64,000 bases of DNA from Chrysemys picta bellii (taxonomy: Eukaryota): positions 48,298,001 through 48,362,000 of the forward strand of contig NC_088795.1 of the NCBI RefSeq assembly GCF_011386835.1, written 5' to 3'. Of this stretch, positions 25,601 to 40,100 are shown one piece after another. Positions within the stretch are counted from its first letter, which is position 1, and every line of letters starts with the position of its first letter. The notes beneath the pieces are model-generated. The model saw nothing but the letters and a program-made list of their open reading frames with translations, did no database searches and had not been told where the DNA came from. The position numbers and the translations under genes were made by a program.

Positions 25601-28600
25601 TATGAATAAGAACAGCACCTGCAGGTACATTCTATGGGCTAGATTTACAAAGTCCATCAATCCTCATGTTCCATAGGATGAAAACAGAGTAGATAAACTT
25701 AACTATACACATCAGTGTAATTTCTGAAACAAGATTTTTTCCATTATGCTTCTATGTCTGACTATATATAATACACAGTTGTATTTTGCATATATTTGCA
25801 ATACCAGATTTTAAAACTAGGCTGCAAGTGAAAGAAAAAAAGTAGTCAGCAAGATTTCTGTTTACATTTCCTTTTTCATTTCTAATGGGTTTCTATTGGA
25901 GGCATTCATTATCACTCTGCAGGGTGTCCTTTGCTCATCACAGCTCACAAAGAGAACTCTATGAGATTTCAGTATGGAATATGAGATTACAGGCTTTAAT
26001 GTACTGAGATTTCACCAGCTGTTATGTTAGTTTTATGCAAATAAAATCTACATTTAAGTACAGCCCATTACTGTACATATGTAACCTTAAAAAGGGAAAG
26101 GAAAGAAGAGATCATAAAGATATGTCGACTCTCAGTAAAGGTTGTTATTTTCTTACCATTCAATACTATTGCAATATATTCCTAACTGTGATACAGATTG
26201 TAAATGTAGATACTTGTTGGAAGCATCACCTAGCGGTTAGGGGTCAGTCCTTTCTTAATGTGGAGAGGTTTGGTAGGGAAGTCCAAGCCTTCCCACTCCA
26301 CCAGGCTCTGACTCAGGGCCCTGTGATGACTACCCAAGTTCTGGCACTTTGAAGCTGCCCTCCCTGGGCCACTTCCTACCTCCTACTTTACTCTCCAAAT
26401 TTTGCAGTCTGTAGCAAAAAGGTAAAGAAGGAAAAGTACTAACTGGACCTTCAGTCTGTCTGGACCCAGCATATAGGGTCCTCTTTTCCCAGAAAAGCTG
26501 TCACAGCATCCCTTCTCAGGAGCTCCCAGGGCAGGTCCTTCTTCTTGCCTTGTCAGCCCCCTCCTGAGCTGTCTGGCTTCCTTTAACTCTCCATCTCTAT
26601 CTGGAGCATGCTCTATGAAAGTGCCTGGGTGACACCTTCAGTTACACCAATAATGTCATAATATTAATATAAAAGGATACTTGGTAATATAATCAATATA
26701 ATATTAGTATTAATATTAATATTAGTATTAATAATAATAATGCAAAGCCCATACAGATGCAGTTTGAGTACTCTACAATATAAAATATGATTCAAATAGT
26801 AAAACATAATTGAAATACATCCTCATAAGAAGTTAAAATCAAAAAGAGATTAGAGACAAGTGAAGACTAAAAAGGGATGGAACAGACTGACAGGTAATTA
26901 ATGAGTTTAATAGGGGTCATTCTCAAAACAAACAAAACATAAAAAAAAAATCTCAAAACTTACTTCAAAGTTGAAAGAAATCGAAGAAGAGGAATTTACA
27001 TGTCACAGGCCATTTAATATCCTCCGTTTGAATTCATGAATTCTTTGGGATATGCAAAGAATCTCTCTTTCTCCTATAAATACTGGTATTTGTGAAGTGA
27101 AAATTGGTAACTGTACAGAAAGGTAATTCTGTTTATTACCTACATTGTAGGACTTCTCATACACATGCCATATTATCTTTATAATAAGTCATATATATTT
27201 ACAATGTACAGAATACACATAAAGATATAACAAAATATTATGATTTCATATACTAGAATGATTTAAAATGATAAACTATACCAATTGTTAAACAATGCTG
27301 TATAGAACAACACTGTATACAATCTGAAAAACAATTTAAATTATAGTGAGGTAACAGTTGAAAGCCATTCATTTTGATCTTGAAGCTCAGGTTTAGGTGG
27401 ATTAAATTTTAAATATTAGAAATATGTATTTCACCCACATAGAAATACACAAATATCAGGCCTCAGATTGCATGCCCTGATTACAAACATAGACTACACA
27501 GTGGCCATTTATTGAGCTGTGCAGTTTTAGATGCCATTCCACATTTAACAGCTGTGATGGAAGACCTCTATGATATTCATTCCACCACTGACACCCTCAA
27601 GTCATATTTCTTCCTCTGTCACAAAGTATTTATTTTTTATCAGCAGCTTGTCATTCAAGTGTGTTAAAAAATTGAGAAATGGACTGTTTTGGAGCCTTGA
27701 TGTCACCCATGAACATAATGGCCCTCAATTTAGTGCCACCATTCGGTTATTATACATTCATAAATAATCAAATATCAGTTCAAAGACTCCAGGCATTAAA
27801 ATTGAGAGAAAGGATTGAAAGCCTAGGTGGTATTGAATTTTTCACTTGCTCTCTCACAAAACAAGTCATCCTGTTAATAATCTGGCTCTCATCCCAGCCA
27901 GACATAACACATTTTAAAGTTGTCTCTCTGGCTGTGTCAGAACTGGCAGCATTACACACAACTAAAAAGAGTTTCCAAGTGGTCAGTCAAACCTTTTTTT
28001 TTCCATGTAAAGAGCAACATTGCTGGATAATACAGTAGAACAAAAACATCTAGCAAACCAGCAATTGCAAATTAGATGAGTGTAATGTTAATGGGAATTC
28101 AGAGAGCAGTAAATTGGAAAACAGAGGTGGATAAACTTTTGATGATTTGAGTGTCACAGGGATTTTAAGTATGAATCAGTCACAATTCCCAATGCAGCTA
28201 AAATATTTAAGTTTATTTTCCTATCTTGCTTTGTATTTGAAGGTTGAATCAATACTCTTGTCATTTTGTGCTAGATTTTTTTAAAGGGTGGGAGCAATTA
28301 GGGGCCAATCCTTCTCAAAGGATTGAGCCATGAGGGTGCTCAGCACCTTTAAGGTGCTAAACTGATCACAGGATCATACCTTTAAGATAGGTAATATGGG
28401 CTACATCGTGCATATATTAGAAAACTGCTTTAGTTTCAGATGGGCATATTACTGTTAATGGAAATTATGGGCATACATTGAGGTCAGAACAGACTTCATA
28501 GAGTCATGAATTTGACAAAAGTAATAATCAAGGTCATTCTTATAATATGCTAATAATTATGATTATGCAATGTGTGGTATATAAAATGTAACTGATATTA

Positions 28601-29214
28601 AAATCTTAGTTCCCCTTATGATTTTCAAAGCCTATTAAGAATTATGGCTGCATTTGATTAGTGCATTCTGGGCTTGATCCTGCACAGTGAAGAAGCAGTG
28701 TGTATGAGTAAAGTTAAGATTCCCTTTCAGTTGAATGGATAGTGGATAAGGCACAAGGAAAGCAGGGGATTCAAATTTTACATTAATGAGAACACTGCTG
28801 TGTGGCTTCCAAGAAACTCCTGCTGTTAGACAACAGTAGGAACTAACAGGTGACATAGTTTTGTACTTTATTAGCATGATTTAACTTAAGCTCCCATCTC
28901 TTAATAAATGCCTATTGCCTAATGTCTATCTACTTTTTAACCCTTATTGAAAAAAGGGGATTGGGTAAAAAATGGGGAGAGAGCAGGGGGCTTGAGGCTA
29001 TGTCTCTCTCTCTCTCTCTCTTCACCCTACTTGCCCATATACATCATCTCCACTCACACTTATGTGAATGTATAAACAGACCTTGTGTACCCTGTTATAT
29101 ACTTGTGGTTTCAAGATTAAAGCCTCTGTCAGTTATTAGTCAGGCATTCCTAAAATGAAAGTTACTAACATATGTAAGAAGTTGAAGATACACACCTACA
29201 ACTGATCAATTCAG

Positions 29215-29830
29215 CCCATAGTCTGGGAGTTCTCTTGAATTCCTCACCGATGCTGAGCTCTCACATAGCAGCATTCATGAAGAATGCTTTCTACCATCTC
29301 TGTTTGGCTGGGAGACCCCATCTTATGTTGGAGGATGGAGGCCTGGCCTCAGTTATTCATGACTTCATCACCTCTCAAATGGATTATAGCAATGAGATAC
29401 CTGGGCATGAAACCTTCAGCACATAGGAAACCCCAGCTAGTACAGAATGCTGCAGTGTGCCTTCTCAGCAACACAAGTACCGCAAACACATCAGACTTGT
29501 TCTCGGCTCTCTAGACTGTTTTCCCATAGAATTTTAAACAAAATTTAAAGTCTCAATCCTTATCTTCAAAGAGCTCCGTGGCCTGGGCCCAGGATATCTA
29601 AAAGATCATCTAAAGCTCTGTGACGAAGCCCTGACTGACAACTATGCTCCTCTGCCACAATGGAACACAGTGCAGTAAGACTAAAACTTGTCCCTATGGG
29701 AGACAGAACTCTTTCTTGGGAGCTGTCCAAGACAGTGAAATGACGTACCCAAGAACTCAGGGCTATCACAAACCTCACCACTTTGCATGGTAAGTGCAAT
29801 GTGCATTTCTTTGACCTGCTTTTTTCTAAC
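29215..29830 (+). mobile_element. Decayed L2-like LINE, RT C-terminal region and 3' end
   Basis: Broken frames read LASVIHDFITSQMDYSN and KPQLVQNAAVCLLS, typical of the L2-clade RT C-terminus; boundaries approximate. Confidence 0.7.
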
Positions 29831-30142
29831 AAACTTATAGCAACATGTATATTTATTTAATTAACAAAGATAATTAAACCCTACTAAAAAAGATACTCCA
29901 CTGTACACACTTCTCCTCCTGAAGAATGGATGAGAGATGCATGACAGATGTATAATCACCTTACTAACACACTACTGGAAGGTGCTCAGATACTGCAGTG
30001 ATGATCACGGTATAAGAGTATAGACTTGACTAGACTAAAACGCCCTCTGCAATGTTTTGCAGGGTGTTCCATTATTGTACTGAATTAGGCCCCAATTCCA
30101 TAACATTTAAGCATGTGCATAACTTTATTCATGGGAGTAGAT

Positions 30143-30341
30143 CTGGGGTTCTCAAACTGGGGGTCGGGTTATTACATGGGGGTCGCGAGCTGTCAGTCTC
30201 CATTGCAAAGTCCACTTTGCCTCCAGCATTTATAATGGTGTTAAATATATTAAAAAAGTGTTTTTAAATTTATAAGAGGGGTCACCCTCAGAGGCTTGCT
30301 ATGTGAAAGGGGTCACCAGTACAAAAGTTTGAGACCCACTG
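30143..30341. mobile_element. hAT (Charlie-like) MITE (199 bp)
   Basis: Ends CTGGGGTTCTCAAACT / rc CAGTGGGTCTCAAACT; perfect 8-bp TSD GAGTAGAT at 30135-30142 and 30342-30349. Confidence 0.85.
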
Positions 30342-32375
30342 GAGTAGATTAAAGTCAGTGGAAGTATTCACATTAGCAAAACTGTAAATGTGCTTTGAAG
30401 AATAAGGAAAAGAACCCCAACTGTGTCATAACAATCAGTAAGTGCCTGACAAAATGAAATGTAGATATTTATTAGACACTGTAATCCTTGTTGAACTATA
30501 TGAAAAATATTATTGTTTTCTTTATGTTGTCTGCCTTCAAATAGCCTGTAAACAATACAGCTTAATTTGTCCGGCTGAGTTTAGCTCATACATTGCTCCC
30601 ACATTGAAATTATAACATTTAAAATCACAAATTCTATATATTTTTAAGATTTTTCTAGCTTGAGAGAATATATTACAAGTGTGAGGAAGATATCTATAGG
30701 GCTTCAATTTAGAACTGGTAGAGCATCATGCATTAAAATTAGGCTTGACTTGTAACTGGAGCTGTCAATGAAAACAGATAGTGAGTACTACCCTTCAGAA
30801 CAGCAACTTGGAACAGCTTCCCAATTAATACACAAAAATCTTCCTCACTCTTTCTTCAAAAAACTCCTTAAAATCCACCTATTTTATCACATTCTAATTA
30901 TAATCCACTTGCTACTCCTGTTTTATATTGTGTAATTCTTAAACATTCTGTATTATTCCCGCATGATCCTTGCAGGAATTCTCATATTTGTTTATCACAG
31001 CTCTCCAATTGTACAGTACCCTGGACATTACAGTGCCATAAAACTCAATTAATGTGTTTAGTAAGTCTACTGCTAAAAAGGTTACAGCTTGCATAGTTTT
31101 TATCATTACAGGTGAAGTATGGCTTCTATGCATTTGACATTTCAGAGGTTTATTTCAGGGATCCTAAAAGGTTTTTTTTGTCATATAATTATCGAAAACG
31201 TGTTCTCCTGGGAAGTCTTAAAATGAACAGCTACTCTGTTCATAAACAGCAATTTACCTGCATGGAATACTGATCCTCATAATGCTTTTTCTGCTACACA
31301 ATCAACTAGAGGCATTTTTTCTAAGCAAAAGGTATTTCTCTGGTAATTTTATAAAAGTCTTACTTTACTTAATCAAGGTTGAACTTGATCAGACCAAATG
31401 GAAGTTGGCTACCTACAAAACTACTTTGAAATTTCAACTTTAGTGAATGCATTTGTATCTCTATACACTCCTAATCAACGGCAACACTAAAAGGATTGTA
31501 CAGATATCCGTATCTATACCTGCTGCTTGTCTGAAAATGTCAGGGCATCTAATTTCATGCACCGCAGTCTGAGCATTCACTTTCATGCACAACTTTTTTT
31601 AATTTACACATGTACAAATAATGTAGTATGCAACATTTTGAGAAACTAGTCCTTGATCATTATTGCTGCTAACAGTGACAACAATAATACTAATGTGCAG
31701 CATCCTTAACAAAGCACATCACAGGTTGCTTTGCAATTCAAATATAATTAAAAAGCAATATCAAACAAGCATTTGATTTGGATTTAAAATATCTGAGTGA
31801 TTCAGCTCTCTGAATATGCAACAAGTTAAGAATATTAGAAAATGAATTATTAGGGCCTTATTGTTCTCCATACATTAAACACCCACATAGTGAGCAGAAA
31901 AATGCAAGATATAGCTCACAGAAGTTTCTGCTTATCATTCCATCAGATGGAACGACCCCATGACATAGGAAGGGAGTTCAGCTCCATAAATTGGTAGATC
32001 TCCAAACACTTGAATATCCAGCATCTCTACATAGCTGCCTTAATCCTTCTGCCCTTCCTTCACCTCCCCCAGTTGTTAATTTATGGTTCTTAAAAGAATT
32101 GTATTGCCCCTGCCATTGCTCATCCAGGGAGGAGCCCACCAGGAGTTAATGCACCTAGGAGTAGCTCTGAGTCCCAATCCATTTTTTTTTATGGCAAGTC
32201 CACTGGGTTTGCAGGACAGCATGACACAGAGAGCAGCTGTCCCTTCTCTAGCCAGTAGCTCTGCCTCCAAATCTATGCAGTGCCACACCGTTGTGTACTC
32301 AGAGACTTCCTTGGTATCAGTGAGGCCAAAGGAGTGCAGGCTGTCACTTACACCTAACCCTTTTTTGATATGGGA

Positions 32376-32745
32376 CAGGGGCATAGCTACAGGCAGTCCT
32401 GGGTGGGCTGCGGCCCACCCACTTAGCATCCAGGCCCACCCAAATCTGAGCAGGGGTGTAGTGCTGCCACAGCAGCCCGGAGCATCATTTGGGCACCTGA
32501 AATCCAGGCCAGAGCTATGAGTCCACCCTTCAGAAAGTGACTCTCCAACAGCTCTGCCTTGCTATTTTCTGAGCTGCCCATGTGCGTGCCCAGCTCGGCA
32601 GGTGAAACCCTCTGTCTGGGGGCACCAGGGCCAGGAAGATGATGTGGCTTTGGTGGAGAAGCTGAGCTAGCACAGTCTGTTATTGCCTGTCCACCTGAAA
32701 GTCAGGGCCCACCAGGGCTAGGGTCCACTCCTAGCTATGCCACTG
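32376..32745. mobile_element. hAT-type non-autonomous element (370 bp)
   Basis: TIR CAGGGGCATAGCTA / rc CAGTGGCATAGCTA (13/14); 8-bp TSD ATATGGGA/ATATGGGT (7/8). Confidence 0.8.
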
Positions 32746-34852
32746 ATATGGGTTTGGGGGTTCAATAAAGAGAGAGAGAGAGAGAGAGAAAATACAGCCA
32801 TTAAGCTTCAGAAAAATCAAGGGGCCTGATTCTTCTCTCATCACCAGTTTTATACTAGTGTAACTCCATTGACTTCAACTGAGATAGATACTCCTAATTT
32901 ACATGAGTGTGTAAGTCCTAATAGCATGTGTCTAAATAATGGCACAATTTTCATAAACAGCCATATACACATTAATAGTACTAAAAAATGCAAAAATTCC
33001 TGACAGACAGTTCTATCAGTTTCAAACCACCTTAAAGTGCAATTCTAACCTAAATGTGACTTTTGAAATATCACCTTCCTATTCTATATATCCTGTATGT
33101 GTATTTGAAGCTATCACTGCAGATTCTAGTGGGGCTTAATTTGAATACAAATGGGGTTTGTATAGGTGACAGTAAGGACAAAATGTGCCCTGAAGAATAT
33201 TAGCAATGCTGCTGGAAAAGGAAAGAATCCAACTTGAATTTCCAGTACAAGTAGAGTTTGCAGAGATGTTAGAAAAGCAACTGTTATGTTACAAATTAAG
33301 CAAATTTGATGTGGAATTCCTTGAAAGACAAACATGGAAATTCACAATGCTATTTTTCCAAAGACACTTTTCAGAGCACCACTACACTTTGGAATGTGGC
33401 ATATTGGTTTTAAAGTATGACAAATATTTTGCTTATTTCCTTGCAAGCACATGCAGACACATACACACACAGTTCTTGAGTTCATTATATGACCCTGCAA
33501 GTCCTCAGAGGCAGTCTAAAGTTTCTGCATTTAGGATTTCCTCTGTTTTATTCCTTAAAATCAACATTGCTCTTTCAAAGTGAAATGAAGGTTTCAGAAT
33601 GTAATATATTTTAGATGAAAAATTTACAGCAGACTGAATTGCTTCTTGGGACTTGATAAATTTCACATTTTTATACTATGCAACCCTTCCCGATAGCACT
33701 CTGACATCAGTATATTGGTTTTGCATATTTTCTTCTCTTGGGAAGAACGTTTCTTTTCCTTGTGACTTTAGTCACTGCCTCCAGGGGAACTAATACACCA
33801 GCAGAAGAATACAAGGGAGGGCAAATCTAAAGAATATTTTTTAAGGAAATAATGCATACAATATAAAATCACCAAAGGGATTGAATGTGTCAGGTTGTTG
33901 TAATGGCATACAGGCTTTTCCCTGCTATGCTTGGAGTTTCTATTCAACCCATTGTAGTAACAATGACTGAAAGTTATTATTTCATAACTGTTTAATTAAA
34001 TTGCCTGTAACATTTGAAATGTGTTTATCATTTTATATCTTTCAATCTGTGAAATGCTCAAAAGGTTCCTATGTGTATCCATTACAGCCTGGACTTTGCT
34101 ACTTAGGTATCAACCTGTGTTGTGGAAGCTTCAGAACTGCATTGTTCCATGAGGAGCTCAAGAAGAGAGAATAAGTAACAGCACAATCCTTCTCTTAGTT
34201 TCCTAGTATTTAGCCATGGGAAAGGTACACAGGTTGTGTCATCATTTATTGCCAAAGTTATGAGAAAGTATTTGTGGTTAAAGTGGAAAACAGATGGATA
34301 CATTGCCTAGTCTCTTTACAAGCATTCAAATGGGTATCACTGTGTTTATCATCAAAAGGACGGATAGGGGATGTTCGATTTCAGCACACCCTGCATCATG
34401 AAATGCCACTTTTGCCCAGACATGCTGGAGTCTAGTCCCTCCTTGTTCTTCAAAATGCATGTGGCTGGGGGAAGGGAAGGGCCTCCAATTGACTAGCCAG
34501 AGGGAAAAGAGGGGAGCAATTGGCTCTTCTCCCTCCCACTCAAATTTAAACCTTCAGGGGCATCTTGGGACCATCTTGCTGGGACTGCAGCTCCTTTTAC
34601 CCTCCCTATAGTGGAGGTATATTGAGCTGTTTCCAGTGGTGTTTGCCTACAAGAAAGGGAAAACTGACATCTTTGCACACTGAGGTCCTCTTAGTATCCT
34701 CTACCTCCCCTCTTGGAGCAGAGTAAGAGGATTCAGAAGTGAACCAAGTCCTAGGGATGAAGAAGGTTTAAACAACTTATTGGTTATATAGTAGGAACTC
34801 AGTAGCACTGCCTTGGATCCTGTTAAATGATTGGTGTGTGAGAGGGGATGAG

Positions 34853-34954
34853 TATAGTGCCCCTATCTCATTGTTAAGTTAATACAGTTGTGACATATCT
34901 TACAGAAGTTCCTTTCAAGCAGGAGGTAACAAATGCTTATCTCCCTATTTGGTC

Positions 34955-35007
<53 letters not shown>

Positions 35008-35706
35008 CACAATGTAGCCTATTTGCATACAGAACCAGATGGTGATTAAAAGATTGCAAATTTGACATGACAGGGAGGCCACAGGAAAAGATAACAATCA
35101 GCAGGAGATATCCTCATTATGAAAAAGAACTATCCTGATATAACTAAAGGTACCAAGAGATAGCCAGCATCTTTTACTTTGTTGACAAACTGGCAGTCTC
35201 ATGAAAACAAGATCACAGACAGGCCTGGCTTAAAAATGCTGGCAGGACTTTGGGGTGAATTTTCTCTAAAAGATACAAGAGTATCTTGTTAAATAAGTCT
35301 AGGTTCTAGAATTCATTTGGTTCCAATATTTCTACTTGCTATCATTTGCTATCGCGTTGTTAAATAAACTTCTGCTTATTTTCACTATAAATATATCTAA
35401 GTGCTGTGAGCTAAGCGGAGTGGTGATCTGCTGCATAACTTGTAAGCTGGGGTATACTGTTCCTTTGGGAGCAGTGAATCTGTGAATTATGTGAGTGTCC
35501 AAGGGAACAGGGGCTCAACTCTCCAGTGAGAAGGCTTGAGGGCTGGAGCATGCCAATTGCTAACCTGCAGAGGGAAAACAGAGCCTTTGTAGGCTGTGTT
35601 GCCTGTGGCTGGTGGTGTCAGGGAGCTGACCATGCAGGCACTTCACACTAAGGGCAGGTTGTCATCAGGTGCCTCACAGCCCTGGGTACCCCTGGTAAAA
35701 GTCACA
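34853..35706 (+). mobile_element. Probable solo LTR (854 bp)
   Basis: Ends GTCACA; 5-bp duplication ATGAG at 34848-34852 and 35707-35711; start reads TATAGTG (TG possibly mutated); AATAAA at 35363-35368. Confidence 0.55.
34957..35005. repeat. (TG)n microsatellite, about 24 units
   Basis: Uninterrupted TG run inside the putative LTR. Confidence 0.98.
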
Positions 35707-36667
35707 ATGAGATGGACCTAACAAAACTTGAAAATGAGTTTTGATATTTCATTTCTCACTCCTTCCCATCTTACCCCCTCTTTTTTTTAGTGGCAAAATG
35801 GGAAAAAAGGGGAGGGGGACAAGGCAAGTCAGTGGGGAATAAAAAAAAGAGGGAAATCCAAAAACCTGAACACTTTCAAAACTGGACATTATTCTTTTTC
35901 AAAAACTGCAGAGGGAAGATTATTTTGAAATTTTTCATGAAAAATCTTTACTAATTTCCAACCAGCTCCAATGGCAAGAAATTTTAATGACTACTCAGGG
36001 TGATATGCCATTCCTGCTATTATCCATCTGCTTCCTATATTATGCCCCAGTACTGGTGTATTGGCCCTTTGTTATGCATTTCCATGCTTTCTGGGAATTT
36101 TATCTATTTTGGAAGAGGTGTGTGTTGTATATTTTAAATGTAGTTTGCATCGCAGCAATATAAACAGATGTTTCAAAACTTCTTTATTGACCTTATATCC
36201 AGGCACTAATTAAATGTATAAGCCTTGCTGAGCTATAAACAAGTAAAAACCCAGATACTGGCTCCTCAATATTTGGCTTCTACCCAGGGAGATCTTAATA
36301 GGTTTGGGAGGCAATCCAATAATACTTTATCTGGGCTGTACTAGCAGCATAAACTGCCAGATACACTACAACTAGGAGCCAAAAATCTACAAGCAGAGGA
36401 AGGAGAACCACTTTCAAGAGGTGTATTCAAAAATATTTGACATGACTTCTATGACAAAATGATTAACACAGTCCTTTATTGATTTATGCAGAAAACTTTT
36501 TTTATACTGAATAGCTACATTTACTGATGTTTTCTGACTCCTGATTTTAGTCCAATTGGGAAGGTCACTAATGAATAGTATATACATATGAACTTGTCAA
36601 GACAGAAAAAATAAAAAAAAATTAAAATGCATGTCATGCTCAGAGATCTTTCAACAAATCACCTCAA

Positions 36668-37119
36668 GAGGTCTATAAAATTATGAATGTGGAAAAAGTG
36701 AAGAAGGAAGTATTATTTACCCCTTCACATAACACAAGAACCAGGGTCTCCCAATGAAATTAACAGGCAGTAGGTTTAAAACAAACAAAAGGAAGTACTT
36801 CACACAATGCAGTCAACCTGTGGAACTTGTTGCCAGGGGATGGTGCAAAGACCCAAAGTATAACTAGGTTCAAAGAAGTTTATGGAGGTTAGGTCCATCA
36901 ATGGCTATGAGCCAAGATGGTGAGGGGTGCAACACCATACTCTGAATCACCCTAAAATCTGACTGCCAGATGCTAGGACTGGACAGCAGGGAATGGATCA
37001 CTCAATAATTGCCTTGTTCTGTTCATTCACTCTGAAGCAACTTTCATTGGCCACTGACAGGAGACAGGATACTGAGCTAGGTGAACTTGTTCTGACTCAG
37101 TATGGCCATTTCTGTGTTC
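36668..37119 (+). mobile_element. CR1 LINE 3' fragment (ORF2 end and 3' UTR)
   Basis: GTCTATAAAATTATGAAT...CATAACACAAGAAC.AGGG...CCAATGAAATTAACAGGCAGTAGGTTTAAAACAAACAAAAGGAAGTACTT...GTCAACCTGTGGAAC, followed by a turtle CR1-type 3' UTR. Confidence 0.8.
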
Positions 37120-40100
37120 CTCCCGTCTCATCTTTTGGGATATCCAAGCTGTCCTACTTGTCATTCGTAGTTACCATTGTGGTGGAAGATTCCTCACTTT
37201 GACTCTTAGGAAGTTACAGAATATTTTCTGCATACCCACAATTTCCTTTTGGCAATGCCAATGAAAGTGGATTTTGGAGAATCACATCTCTGGCAATCTA
37301 TGTGCACTCCTCACCAGTGCGCTCTGCACCGGCCACTCCTACCTACACTAGTTTGTTTCTTTCAAGATCAGCTGCTCTCTTGTGCTACCATGAGCCAAAT
37401 TTGGCCCTTACTCACACCTGACTTAGATTAATGGGGTATAAGTCAGGGCAGAATGTATGCTAGATGGGGATCTGACACTTTGTATTTTCTCTCTCTTTCT
37501 CCTGAACCATACGTGGCTACACAATGCTCAAAGCATGAACTTTCTCTTCTATCATTGGCTCCGTGAGCCAGTGCCCATAGTAGGTCTCATCACACTAGGA
37601 AGATTCTACCATTCATTCAGCAGCTGCCTCATAGAGTGCAATGCATAGATGCTAGGGCACTTTTCTTTTAAGTTAACATAGGATGGATTCGTGAGTTTCC
37701 CTTTACATGGGACAATTGCTTGAAGAAAACTTCTACATTTCATGATATGAAGATGTGGCCGGACAGCTGCAATTTAACTGTTTTTTTTTCCAGTGGCTGT
37801 GTTGTCAATCTCTCCCTTACCCTGCTGTTCCAGAGGCAACAATATAGCACAACCATGCTCCTACTAGCACATATGAAGCTGTATCATTGGTCAGTGTGCA
37901 TTATGTATCTTTATTGTATATGATTCACAGAGGATGAAAGTCTGTTCCATCCCCAGCCATAGAGCCTAGCTTTTTAGTTCAAGCTGTAGAGATTCACACT
38001 TTTAACTCTGGAGGTGCCCAGTTCAATCACTAGTGTCTGCCAAAATGTCAACCATCACTTAAAGTGACATATAATACACATGAGGGTGTTACATTGTTAC
38101 AAGGCCTAATGGAGCTATACACAGTGGTTAAAGTACACCAAAAGATAAGGAAAACTGTCAATGCACCAACTGAAAAAGAGCAGTTGCTTAGCCAAGCCAG
38201 GTGGAGGAGAAGGGAGTTACATTCCCTCTTTCTTTGAGCCCTAGCTTTACAACAGACCTATTCTGGCATGAGATTTCATTAATGATCTATATATAGAGAC
38301 ATGCCTAGTGGCAATAGACTGGTAACTAGGATCTATTCACAGTGTTCAGAGCCTAAACTGTTGATGAAGATTCTGGAATATTGTAATTCAAAATATCAAA
38401 AATTTCAGGTAGAAAGTGACCAAACTAATTGCTTGTTTTAATCTTTTACTTTCAGTTTGTTATTTTAGATTTATGTCTCAGATAGCAGTATTCCTTTGGG
38501 TAATGTTGCTCACTGATGTTTCAAACTTCCACAATTACACGGAGCCTACAGAAATCAGTCAGTCATATTTCTCTTCTGAATTGCATCACATGACAGATCA
38601 TTAACAAGTTTTGATCCATGGAGGTGGCAATTGATGTTCTCTAAAATATATTTCCTCATTTTTTAAGAGCATTTTACTTTTTTCTGACCACTTTGGCACA
38701 ACAGAGAATTATGAGCTGCAAAGAGAGATTATATTATAAATTCTAAGCATTTGAATGCTTAAGTTTCTTTACTCCATTTTCCCTGAAAATAAGCACTCAA
38801 AAGAGTGTTCATATCTGACAAATGTGTATAACAAATAAAAACAAATATCCTATTTTCTATTAGCTTGCTAAGGTAATTAATTGGCTTAAAATATCAGTTT
38901 TTGGTACACCCACTTCCATGTGTAATTTCACAAATATTGAAGTAAGTCTTTATGCTAGATGAATGTAGGAACTGTTTCCAAAAGTAAATAGATTTACTTC
39001 CACATACAAGCATACAGGAACAAAAAAAGTCTACAGAAGAACAAACTATATAACTAATAGTGTACAAACAACTAGTTCAGTTTATGTCTCCTGCTTTAGA
39101 GTAGGAACACCTATGCAGCTTTTCTCAACTCTAACCTCCATACTGACAAAAACTTTCCCTTCCCTATTCATACAAACAGTCAAAAAACAGCAAAATACCT
39201 GTCTATATATAGCTAGGGCCTTTGCTTCTCCTCAGGTGTGTATCCTACTTCATTTCATCTCATTATAATGAACTTCAGCTGACCCTCGCAAATAGCGAAC
39301 CACTCCAATTACCAGTGGAGTTTTTCCCTTGAACCTTTAACCCATTGTTTGCCTGGAGACAGTAACAAAAATGAGGAAAGGGGTATAATGCTAGTAATAC
39401 CACTTCACAACGTTGATAAAACTTGCCACAACAGTTTAGAGATATAAATGACATTCTGTACCTTGCTGGGGCAAGGATCCTCCATGTGCTGGTTAAACTG
39501 CTCCATGCTAATTGCAATCAGCAGCACTAAAACCAACAACAGGGAGCCAAATTCAGCTCTGATATAACTCTGGCAAACGTATTGAACTTTCACCAGGGCT
39601 GAATCTGATGCAGTGAGATTAACCTGTAGGAAGTTTCTCTGGAGAGAGCTAAGGTTACTATGTAAATGAACTGATCAGATCAACACAAAATGGAAATTTT
39701 GCCTGGTAGCTCACTGTACTGTGGTATGGACTTCTAGACACACTGGCCATGATTCTATGTTATGTTGAAGTCCCATTGCACTGCTTCAATGGAACTGATA
39801 ACTGGACACTTCCCTGGTGTAGCAAGAGTCAGTACATGCTATAGGACCAGTGTTGCAGTTCTATTTTACCCTCCTTGTGTCCCTCAGTTCTCTGACCATG
39901 GACAACCATTCATATCTTAAAGGAGTCTGGAGGCTGCTCCACATTACACAAAGATCCATCTTGGTCTCCAACTGGCCCTAAGATTGAGGGAATTCAAAAG
40001 TAGCTTATAGCCACTTTGCTACTGCCCACATTCAGCTCCATGTTTATCTCCTATTCTGTTTTACATAAATATAAAGGTTACAAATACATAATCCAGACAC

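Noticed and set aside
33206-33583. 125-aa ORF as a host exon
   Set aside because: No recognisable domain, non-ATG start, and no convincing splice-site pair.
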